Source of the DNA: Saprospiraceae bacterium
GTDB taxonomy: Bacteria > Bacteroidota > Bacteroidia > Chitinophagales > Saprospiraceae
DNA: 32,000 nt
Reading direction: 5' to 3'
NCBI GenBank assembly: GCA_044350425.1
Contig: JBILHS010000031.1
Span: 13,637 to 45,636 of the forward strand
Shown here: positions 18,504 to 26,119 of the stretch, in pieces
Position numbering within the stretch: the stretch's first letter is position 1
How the letters are laid out: every line of letters begins with the position of its first letter
Position numbers and translations under genes: made by a program
The notes under the pieces: model-generated
Told to the model about the DNA's origin: nothing
The model's input: only the letters and a program-made list of their open reading frames with translations
The model's database searches: none

Positions 18504-19412
18504 CTAAAAGAGTACGCCTTGTTGACCGGGCACTGGCTTGGGGCCCCGAAGCGAAACTTCAGGAATTGCCTGGCTAAAGGTTTCGACGCAAAATGCGGTC
18601 AGCTCAGGCGAGAGCATATTGTCGGGTTCATGGGTAAAAAAATACGCCTCCTGCAAACCATTTTCAAACCAGTACTTCAACCTTTCGGCCCAATCCCTTA
18701 CTCGGCCATAATCACTGGGATGCAATCCATTTCCAACAAACCGAATGAGGGTTTTGGCATGGGTCAGATGCATGTGGCAAACATCCCTTCGACCGGCTAC
18801 ATCCGTAATCACCCCGGCCACACCATGCTTTTTTAATAATTCAAAAAAAGCTTCAGCGGCGTCTGTTTTCTGGAAAAAACCAGGGCTCCGCGCTTCAACT
18901 GAAAGCGGAATCTGCGGGGCGTAGATGGCCAGAAATCGTTCCAAAACGCTCAGATCCCGAAGTCCAAAATGAGGCGGAAGTTGAAGGAAACAACAGCCCA
19001 GTTTTTCCGAAAACTCCAATACTGTATCACAAAAGATCAAAAGATCATCGCCTGAAAGTCCCAGATCTTTAGCGTGACTGATGCTTTGAGGTACTTTAGG
19101 GCAAAAGCGAAAATCTTTGGGGACCGCTTCAAACCATCGGCGCACCATACTGGAGTCCGGTATCCGATAATGGGTTGTGTTGAACTCTATGGTATTGAAC
19201 TGCACGCCATAGTGCCGTAAAAAATCGGGCTCTTTGCTTCCTGCAGGGTACCATTTGCCTACCCAGGGTTTCATGTTATATCCGGTAGGCCCAATGTAGA
19301 GGGATTGCTGCGAAGGCTTTGAAAGCGATGCGAGCAGGTCTGTATTTTGTCTCGGTTCAGGGGGCAACTTAAAGTCAACCTGATCTACAGAAGAGAGCTT
19401 GCCAAAATCCAT
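18504..19412 (-). CDS. DUF72 (UPF0759) family protein
   Basis: LYIGPTGYNMKPWVGKWYPAG...FLRHYGVQFNTIEFNTTHYRIP is the DUF72 signature. It ends in TAG. Confidence 0.8.
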   Translation of the reverse strand: MDFGKLSSVDQVDFKLPPEPRQNTDLLASLSKPSQQSLYIGPTGYNMKPWVGKWYPAGSKEPDFLRHYGVQFNTIEFNTTHYRIPDSSMVRRWFEAVPKDFRFCPKVPQSISHAKDLGLSGDDLLIFCDTVLEFSEKLGCCFLQLPPHFGLRDLSVLERFLAIYAPQIPLSVEARSPGFFQKTDAAEAFFELLKKHGVAGVITDVAGRRDVCHMHLTHAKTLIRFVGNGLHPSDYGRVRDWAERLKYWFENGLQEAYFFTHEPDNMLSPELTAFCVETFSQAIPEVSLRGPKPVPGQQGVLF

Positions 19413-19419
19413 GTTGCGG

Positions 19420-21054
19420 TTATAGCTTTTTGTAAAAGTATATTTCTACGCGTCGGTTTAACTGGCGGTTTTCGCGGGTATCATTGGGTACCATGGGCTT
19501 TTGAGAACCATAACCTACAAAATTGAGACGCTTGGTATCTATGCCTTTGGATACCAGATAGTCAAGACATTTTTTAGCACGTTTTTCGGCCAGGAGGTCA
19601 TTGGCAGGTTCTTTGCCCGTATTGTCGGTATGTCCTTCGATCCGTGCAAACAAAACGGGATCCTAATTCAGAATAACAAGCACCTCATTCAGGGTAGTCA
19701 CGGAAGTACGGTGCCAATCCTGTAAGGTCGAACCAAAATAGACCGCTTTGTAAGGGACACCTACTGCTGCAGGCATTGCCTCTGGACAGCCTTTCAGTTC
19801 GGAGGTCCCGGGAAGGGTAGGGCACGCATCTGCTTTGTCTGCGATTCCGTCTCCATCAGTGTCCGGACATCCACGCAAAAGTTCAGGGCCCGCAATACCC
19901 GGACAATAGTCTGTGTTATCAGGAATTCCGTCGCCATCAGAATCCGGGCAGCCTTTCCATTGAAGTTTGCCGCTCATATCCGGACAAAGATCTTCAGCAT
20001 CTGCCACACCATCCTTGTCGCGGTCAATTGCCGGACAGCCTCTGTACGCAGCCACACCTTTCACTTCTGGGCAGTTGTCATCCTTGTCTGCGATTCCGTC
20101 AGCGTCCATGTCAGGACAGCCATTTAGTGCGTAAAGTCCGGTTGCTTCCGGGCACAGGTCGTCTTTGTCAGCTACGCCATCATGATCCTGATCAGGGCAG
20201 CCAAAGAGGCTCCGGATGCCGGGTTTGTCAGGGCATTCGTCTCTTTCATCGGGTATGCCATCTTCGTCCTGATCGGGATCGCTGGGTTTTTCATCCCCCT
20301 GGTTGACCGGGTGTTTATGCTGCGACTTTTTTCTGCCTGGTCCGAGCGTATAAGATGCACTGACCGGCGTGGAAACAAACCAGTCATTTTGATTGGGGTT
20401 GCCAGACACACTTATTCCATCCAGAAAATCGCCTACGGCTGGCCGCGCACAGGATTCTATCAATATCCCGATCCGCTTACTGAGGTTGAAACGGATTCCA
20501 ACGCCCACTGGAATGCTAAAATCAAGTTTTTGTGTGTGGTCTTTATCAAATTTGGCAAGCACGGGATCCAGGTATTCATTGGTATTTGCACCATTCCAAA
20601 ATACATTAGGGTTGGTAAAAGTGCCCCCGAGCCCGAAGGCCAGGAATGGATCTATCCGAGGTTTATTATGACGAGGCCCCCCGGAATTTTGTCGGTAATT
20701 TTTACCCGACCTCCGTGGATAAAACGCTGCCATACAAGATAGTTCAAGCAGAGGCGAAGAGAACGATATCCCACGGGTCTTATGCCATGCCGGTTCAATG
20801 AAATGGTCATCATTCCCGGAAAGCCTGGAGTAGAGCAGGTTTACACGGGCAGTAAAGGGTTTGCGCATGTTTTTGCGAAAATGAACGGAGAACGCCGGGT
20901 TGACACCCAAAACAGGCGCCTTTAATTGAACTTTATTGGTTTCGCCATTATACGCTGCTATGCCCATGCCGGCACCCATTTCCCAGGAAGTGGATGCCTG
21001 GGCGAATAGGCCAAAAGGCATCGTCAGCCACAGGCCTAGGATCATGTTTCTCAT
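19420..21054 (-). pseudogene. OmpA-family outer-membrane protein (N-terminal beta-barrel-like domain, six thrombospondin type-3 repeats, OmpA_C) interrupted by a single in-frame TAG at 19663-19665
   Basis: The ORFs 19663-21054 and 19420-19653 are in the same frame. Hand reading across the junction gives ...TTLNEVLVILN*DPVLFARIEGHTDNTG...NRRVEIYFYKKL, one continuous OmpA_C domain. There is no frameshift. Confidence 0.7.
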
Positions 21055-21189
21055 AGTAGGAGCAATGTTTTGAGTAAGCGTGGGTTTCCTTGTTTGGCAG
21101 AACTACCTAAAATAGGGCGACAAAATAGTAGGATTTAGCTAAAGCATGCTCAATCAAATAGGAAAACCACTTTCAGTCAGCAGGTTTCG

Positions 21190-21246
21190 CCACTTTCTCC
21201 CACAGTGAAAAGCAGTAGAAGCAGTGGTCTCCACTTCCTCCCACAG
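21190..21246. promoter_or_regulatory. Two copies of a 16-bp direct repeat CCACTTYCTCCCACAG, 41 bp apart, in the ompA-like/mraZ divergent region
   Basis: ccactttctcccacag at 21190-21205 and ccacttcctcccacag at 21231-21246, read directly. Function unknown. Confidence 0.35.
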
Positions 21247-21531
21247 ATTTACACTATATTTTGAAATCTGAAATTTTTAAGTGTTTTTTGGTCTGGTTTT
21301 AAGTTAAAAAATTATTTTATTGAATCTTTATGTTTGTTATATTGTGCGAAGCAGTGTAAAAAATTATTTCTTATTATATTTTTTATTTGAGCTTTAAGAT
21401 TTTAAAATATTGATTTTCAGTGTTTTAAAAATTAAATTAAAATTATTTTATAAAAAAATGAACATAATGTGTTAGTTTGTGGGAAAATATGGAGGTTGCA
21501 CTTACTTTTGTCCTTGTGAATTGGTGACCGA

Positions 21532-21576
21532 TCCCACATTTGTCCCGACTCATACTTAGCAGATTTACAGTCCCAC
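21532..21576. promoter_or_regulatory. Candidate MraZ operator: TCCCAC / GTCCCG / TCCCAC boxes just upstream of mraZ
   Basis: tcccac at 21532-21537, gtcccg at 21542-21547 and tcccac at 21571-21576. The complement GTGGGA contains the TGGGA-type pentamer reported for MraZ binding in E. coli. Assignment is by analogy only. Confidence 0.3.
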
Positions 21577-21582
21577 ACTACA

Positions 21583-22062
21583 ATGCAACTCATCGGTGAA
21601 TATCCGGTGTCCCTTGACGACAAGGGCCGCTTGCGCTTACCAACCGCGCTGCTCCGCCAATTACCTGCTTTAACCGCAGGATCCAATGGCGACGGAGCTG
21701 CTTATGAATTTGTAGTAAACCGGGGGTTTGAGAAGTGTCTCACACTTTACCCCAAACCGGTCTGGGACGGCATCGCTGCCAAGTTGAGCCGTCTCAATAG
21801 TTTCAATGACCGGAACCGCGCCTTTGTACGCTCTTTTCACTACGGAGCGTATCCACTGACCACCGACAGCGCGGACAGAATCCTTTTGCAGAAGCCTTTG
21901 ATGGATTATGCGGGTATCACCAAGGATGCAGTACTGCTTGCTATGAACGGCAAGGTTGAAATCTGGTCGCCAGAGCAATATGCTTCCACCGCCGCCTTTG
22001 ATCCGAATGAATTTGCTGATTTGGCAAATGACGTGATGGGCGGGGAGAACGATGATGTATAA
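21583..22062 (+). CDS. mraZ: Transcriptional regulator MraZ
   Basis: MQLIGEYPVSLDDKGRLRLPTALLRQL with a second half-domain ...TTDSADRILLQKPL. 159 aa. The TAA at 22060-22062 lies inside the first heptamer array. Confidence 0.93.
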   Translation: MQLIGEYPVSLDDKGRLRLPTALLRQLPALTAGSNGDGAAYEFVVNRGFEKCLTLYPKPVWDGIAAKLSRLNSFNDRNRAFVRSFHYGAYPLTTDSADRILLQKPLMDYAGITKDAVLLAMNGKVEIWSPEQYASTAAFDPNEFADLANDVMGGENDDV

Positions 22063-22095
22063 GGTATGAAGTATGATGTATGAAGTATGATGTAT
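22054..22095. repeat. Six heptamers GATGTAT (variants AAGGTAT, GAAGTAT) overlapping the mraZ stop codon
   Basis: Counted by hand. Confidence 0.95.
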
Positions 22096-22143
22096 GAAAG
22101 GCTTAAGCTGAATGCGAGAGTGCATTTTCAAGCTTAGTTTTTC

Positions 22144-22199
22144 ACACATCATACTTCATACATCATACATCATACATCATACATCATATATCATACATA
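22144..22199. repeat. Eight heptamers ATACATC (variants ACACATC, ATACTTC, ATATATC, ATACATA), the inverted partner of 22054-22095
   Basis: Counted by hand. It ends 2 nt before the rsmH ATG at 22202. Confidence 0.95.
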
Positions 22200-22201
22200 A
22201 T

Positions 22202-23146
22202 ATGGTGTACCACGAGTCTGTCCTATTACACGAAAGCATTGATCTACTAGGCATTACGCCTGGTGGGGTTTATGTAGATGCGACGTTTGGCGGCGGCGGT
22301 CACTCCAAATTGATACTCGAAAAAATGGGCGAAAAAGGTCGCCTGTTTGCCTTCGATCAGGATGAGGATGCTAAGCGAAACACGGAACAGCAGGCGTTTT
22401 CAAGCCATTCTGGCTTTGTTTTCATTCCATCGAATTTCAGGCATTTGAAACGGCAATTACGTGCAGAAGGCGTAAGACCAGGCACTGTAAATGGAATCCT
22501 TGCAGATCTGGGTGTAAGCAGCCACCAGCTGGATACAGCAGAAAGGGGATTCTCTTATCGATTCGAAGCAGCACTCGATATGCGGATGAGTCGCCTGGAT
22601 GGGGAAACAGCTGCGGACATACTCAATACACGAAGTGCAGAAGAACTGCAGCGCATTTTTAGCGAACTTGGGGAGTTGAGAAACTCTAAAACGCTGGCAC
22701 ATGCAGTGATACAGGAGCGGGAACGAAAGCGTTTTCGAACCACAGGCGACCTGCTGGAATTGGCTACCAAGAATCTGATGGGAGAACGTATGCGCTACCT
22801 CTCACAGGTTTTTCAGGCCTTGCGCATGGAAGCTAATGATGAACTCGGGGCGCTGGAAGATTTTATGAAGGATGCTTTGGAAATGCTGGCGCCGGGTGGA
22901 AAACTGGCAGTGATCACCTTTCATTCGCTGGAAGATCGAATGGTGAAGAATTATATGAAAGCGGGCAATGTAGCGGGAGAGCCGGACCAGGATTTTTATG
23001 GCAATATCACAAAGCCCTGGAAACTGGTAACCAAAAAGCCTGTAGAAGCAAGCCAGGCAGAAACCAAGCAAAATGCCCGCTCCAGAAGTGCAAAGCTTCG
23101 GGTCGCCGCAAAAAATGTAACTAACGAACAATTTAAAACGAAATAA
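22202..23146 (+). CDS. rsmH: 16S rRNA (cytosine1402-N4)-methyltransferase
   Basis: MVYHESVLLHESIDLL...YVDATFGGGGHSK...ITFHSLEDRMVKN. ATG 22202 was chosen because the upstream part of the ORF-track entry is a translation of the repeat. Confidence 0.93.
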   Translation: MVYHESVLLHESIDLLGITPGGVYVDATFGGGGHSKLILEKMGEKGRLFAFDQDEDAKRNTEQQAFSSHSGFVFIPSNFRHLKRQLRAEGVRPGTVNGILADLGVSSHQLDTAERGFSYRFEAALDMRMSRLDGETAADILNTRSAEELQRIFSELGELRNSKTLAHAVIQERERKRFRTTGDLLELATKNLMGERMRYLSQVFQALRMEANDELGALEDFMKDALEMLAPGGKLAVITFHSLEDRMVKNYMKAGNVAGEPDQDFYGNITKPWKLVTKKPVEASQAETKQNARSRSAKLRVAAKNVTNEQFKTK

Positions 23147-23176
23147 GAACTACGGGTTTAAAAAGCTCAAATACGC

Positions 23177-23485
23177 ATGGCTAATAAGTTGCTTAATGCC
23201 CTTAACGTAAGTCGCCACACCACAGATCTGGTGTTTGGTAATTTTCAATTTCTGCTCTTTATAGGCGGATTGGGTATTCTGTACATCGCCAATGCACATT
23301 ACTCTGAAAAAGGGGTGCGGCGTATTCAGTCGTTGCAGAAGGAAATAAAAGAGTTGAAATGGGAATATACCTCGATCAAAAGTGAAACGATGTATAAGAG
23401 TATGCAGAGTCAGATTGATGAGAGTCTGGAGCCTGTAGGGCTTGATTTGGAGAACAAAGGTCCTAAAGTGATAAGTGTTAAGTGA
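23177..23485 (+). CDS. ftsL: Bacteroidota-type cell-division protein FtsL
   Basis: 102 aa, with a single TM helix (FQFLLFIGGLGILYIANAHY) followed by a coiled coil (IQSLQKEIKELKWEY). It occupies the conserved position between rsmH and ftsI. The TGA lies inside the repeat array. Confidence 0.8.
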   Translation: MANKLLNALNVSRHTTDLVFGNFQFLLFIGGLGILYIANAHYSEKGVRRIQSLQKEIKELKWEYTSIKSETMYKSMQSQIDESLEPVGLDLENKGPKVISVK

Positions 23486-23498
23486 TAAGTGTTAAGTG
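23464..23498. repeat. Five heptamers of the type (A/T)TAAGTG, with a 14-bp higher-order unit ATAAGTGTTAAGTG, overlapping the ftsL stop
   Basis: Read directly: aaagtg ataagtg ttaagtg ataagtg ttaagtg. Confidence 0.9.
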
Positions 23499-23524
23499 GT
23501 GCACATGAATCAAGCTGCAAATGC

Positions 23525-23926
23525 ATGGAAAATCAACGACCTAATAAAGTGGTACTAAGAGAAAAGAGTTTTTTACGGGCCATTAGAATTGTCAGGCTCC
23601 GTAAGCATTTGCGCGAACAAAAAAAGGAGTATGAAATATCGAGGTAGTTGTTCAAGAGTGGTACAAATCCAGGCACAATGGTTAAGGAGTCAGAGTATGC
23701 GCAGTCGGGAGCTGATTTTATAAATAAGCTAAAAGTCGCCCAAAAGGAATTGAATGAAACCAGATATTGGATTGAACTGCTTTTTGCTACTGACTACCTC
23801 TCAGAATCTGAAAAAGTGTCCATTCTAAATGATGTGGATGAAGTAATGAGATTAACGACCAGTTCAATTAAAACTCGAAAAGCCAATCTCGAATCAAGTA
23901 AAAAGCACAGCTCTAAAACCACTTAA
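23525..23926 (+). pseudogene. Four-helix-bundle protein gene (23S rRNA intervening-sequence protein / Avd family, PF05635-like) with an in-frame TAG at 23645-23647
   Basis: Hand translation from ATG 23525 gives MENQRPNKVVLREKSFLRAIRIVRLRKHLREQKKEYEISR*LFKSGTNPGTMVKESEYAQSGADFINKLKVAQKELNETRYWIELL... It is collinear with the family pattern ...EKSF.F...I..L...L...KEY.LSKQLLRSGTSIGAN..EA...QS..DF..KL.IA.KE..ET.YWL.LL. The stop falls where the family has Gln (CAG to TAG). Confidence 0.75.
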
Positions 23927-23947
23927 TACTAACCACTTAACACTAAC
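23920..23947. repeat. Four heptamers CACTTAA / TACTAAC / CACTTAA / CACTAAC, the imperfect inverted partner of 23464-23498
   Basis: Read directly. It contains the TAA stop of the four-helix-bundle ORF and ends 3 nt before the ftsI GTG (23951). Confidence 0.9.
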
Positions 23948-23950
23948 AAA

Positions 23951-26116
23951 GTGCTAAACGTCAAAAACGAAGTCCTGATCCGCGTGTACTCGGTTGCTGC
24001 CGTAGTATTGGTGGTGGCTGTCGTGATCATGACGCGTTTGTTCCAATTGACAGTAACTGATGCACACAAGTGGGAAGCAAAAGCAGATAGTTTGTACGTG
24101 AAACTGGTGGATGTGCCCAGTCAGCGGGGGAATATTCTGGCGGACGATGGATCGCTGCTTGCTACCTCGCTTCCGTTCTTTGACATACATTTTGACGCAA
24201 AAGCCGAAGGACTTACCGCGGAGATCTTTAATGATCAGGCAGTGGATAGCCTGGCCTGGTTGCTCTCTACCTATATAGACCAGTCTTTTACCCAAGGAGC
24301 ATACCGCCAATGGCTGGATACTTTACGCGCGGCGGATCCAAAGACCAGGGGGATTCGGTATGTGCCGATCGCAAAGAACCTTCCGTACTCTAAGATGCTC
24401 CTGATCAAAACCTTCCCGATTTTCAGGGAAGGGCGCCATGCTGGTGGGTTTATTGCCGAGCAGACCAGTCGACGTGAACGTCCATTTAAAATCCTGGCGC
24501 AACGAACCATTGGTTATGCGCAACGGGAGGGTGCTTTGCCAGTTGGTATCGAAGGCAGTTTCAATACGATCCTCGAAGGTAAACGGGACAATGCACCCAA
24601 ACAACTCATGTTGCGCGTTCCCGGCGATATTTATATACCCATCAATGATCTGGCGGAAATTGAGCCCGCATCAGGCGACGATGTGGTGACAACCCTGGAT
24701 ATAAACATTCAGGACGCCGCAGAATCTGCCCTGCTCAATGCCTGTGAAACCCACAATGCAGACCATGGTTGCGCCATTGTGATGGAGGTAAAGACGGGTA
24801 AGATCCGTGCCATGGCAAATATCGGACGAGCGCAGTCTGAAGGGAAATCGGGCTACTGGGAAACATATAATTATGCAGTAGGAGAGCGGGTAGAGCCTGG
24901 TTCGATGTTCAAACTTGCCACTTTTATGGCCATGCTCGAAGCGGGCGAATTGGACGATTTCGATGAAAAAATACCTGTATTTGGCGGGAAAGTGAAGATC
25001 TACGATGAGGAACTTGTTGACGCGGTGCCGCATGGACTGGATTCAATGACGATCCGCCAAATCTTTGCACAATCATCCAATGTCGGTACGGCTACGCTTA
25101 CGATGAAGTATTTCAAGAGCAATCCGAATGCATTTGTAAAACAACTTCGTGACTTTAATCTGGACATGGCAACAGGGATTGAAATCGGCGGTGAAGAGAA
25201 CCCGATCGTGAAAAACCCGGACGACCCCAAAAGTGAATGGAGCGGCACTACACTACCCTGGATGAGCATCGGTTACGAACTGCTGCTCACCCCGATGCAG
25301 ATGCTGACCTTTTACAATGCAGTGGCAAACGACGGTCGTATGATGAAACCTTATCTCGTGCAGCGGACGGAGCATTACGGGGAGATCATGAAAGAATTCA
25401 AGCCCTATACCATCAAACGAAGCATTGCTTCAAACAACACGATCCGTAAGGCTAAGGAGCTATTGAGAGAAGTGGTCATCTCAGGTACGGCGCATAACAT
25501 CAACACAGACAATTATGCTATAGCTGGTAAAACAGGTACCGCACAGTTGAACTACCACAAGTTTCGCGCTTCGAAAGGCATTCGCCACCAAGCGGGTTTT
25601 TGTGGCTTTTTTCCTGCGGACAATCCGATTTACTCCTGTATCGTGGTCATCAGTGAGCCAGAGCGCGGTGGATATCATGGCGCAGAAGTGGCCGCTCCGG
25701 TGTTTCGCCAGATCGCTGACAAGTGTTTTGCGATGAAAGCAGAATTGCACAAACCGGTGAATGCAAATAAGCCGCTTGCCCTGAAAAATAGTCAGTTGCC
25801 CAGTTATGATGCTGGTTCACAGGAAGATATGAAAGAGAGTTTACGCTGGCTGGGACTTGATTTTAGCCCGGCCACTGACCTGGATGAATGGGGAGTGGTA
25901 GTTGCGAAAGATAGTATCGGACTCACGATGCAAAATCGGGTAGTAGGTGATAAGAACATTCCTTCTGTAGTAGGTATGGGCTTGAAGGATGCGATCTATT
26001 TGCTGGAGAATCGGGGGTGTCGGGTGCGTGTAGAAGGGGTAGGGAAAGTGCGGAGCCAGAGTCTGGCGCCAGGAACCCGGGCGAGTGGGCAGACATGTGT
26101 TTTATCCCTGGAATGA
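23951..26116 (+). CDS. ftsI: Peptidoglycan D,D-transpeptidase FtsI (class B PBP) with a C-terminal PASTA domain
   Basis: N-terminal TM anchor, then transpeptidase motifs GSMFK (SxxK), SSN and KTGTA, and a PASTA-like tail (VVGMGLKDAIYLLENRGCRVRVEG). GTG start at 23951. Confidence 0.92.
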   Translation: MLNVKNEVLIRVYSVAAVVLVVAVVIMTRLFQLTVTDAHKWEAKADSLYVKLVDVPSQRGNILADDGSLLATSLPFFDIHFDAKAEGLTAEIFNDQAVDSLAWLLSTYIDQSFTQGAYRQWLDTLRAADPKTRGIRYVPIAKNLPYSKMLLIKTFPIFREGRHAGGFIAEQTSRRERPFKILAQRTIGYAQREGALPVGIEGSFNTILEGKRDNAPKQLMLRVPGDIYIPINDLAEIEPASGDDVVTTLDINIQDAAESALLNACETHNADHGCAIVMEVKTGKIRAMANIGRAQSEGKSGYWETYNYAVGERVEPGSMFKLATFMAMLEAGELDDFDEKIPVFGGKVKIYDEELVDAVPHGLDSMTIRQIFAQSSNVGTATLTMKYFKSNPNAFVKQLRDFNLDMATGIEIGGEENPIVKNPDDPKSEWSGTTLPWMSIGYELLLTPMQMLTFYNAVANDGRMMKPYLVQRTEHYGEIMKEFKPYTIKRSIASNNTIRKAKELLREVVISGTAHNINTDNYAIAGKTGTAQLNYHKFRASKGIRHQAGFCGFFPADNPIYSCIVVISEPERGGYHGAEVAAPVFRQIADKCFAMKAELHKPVNANKPLALKNSQLPSYDAGSQEDMKESLRWLGLDFSPATDLDEWGVVVAKDSIGLTMQNRVVGDKNIPSVVGMGLKDAIYLLENRGCRVRVEGVGKVRSQSLAPGTRASGQTCVLSLE

Positions 26117-26119
26117 ATC

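Noticed and set aside
21670-22201. Minus-strand ORF 21670-22152 (160 aa) and the 30-codon N-terminal extension of the rsmH ORF (22112-22201).
   Set aside because: The minus-strand ORF is antisense to mraZ plus a translation of the repeat. The rsmH extension is likewise a translation of the repeat. Conserved RsmH starts at MVYHESVLL (ATG 22202).
13142-23926. A diversity-generating retroelement, suggested by the Avd-family four-helix-bundle gene together with three variable paralogous surface proteins.
   Set aside because: There is no reverse transcriptase ORF and no template/variable repeat pair with adenine-specific differences. The four-helix-bundle gene is 8 kb away from the paralogs and carries a stop codon.
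4197-23947. The regularly spaced short repeats could be CRISPR arrays.
   Set aside because: The units are contiguous, at 7-18 bp, with no unique spacers of about 30 bp between them. No cas genes are present, and the arrays occur as inverted pairs at gene junctions.
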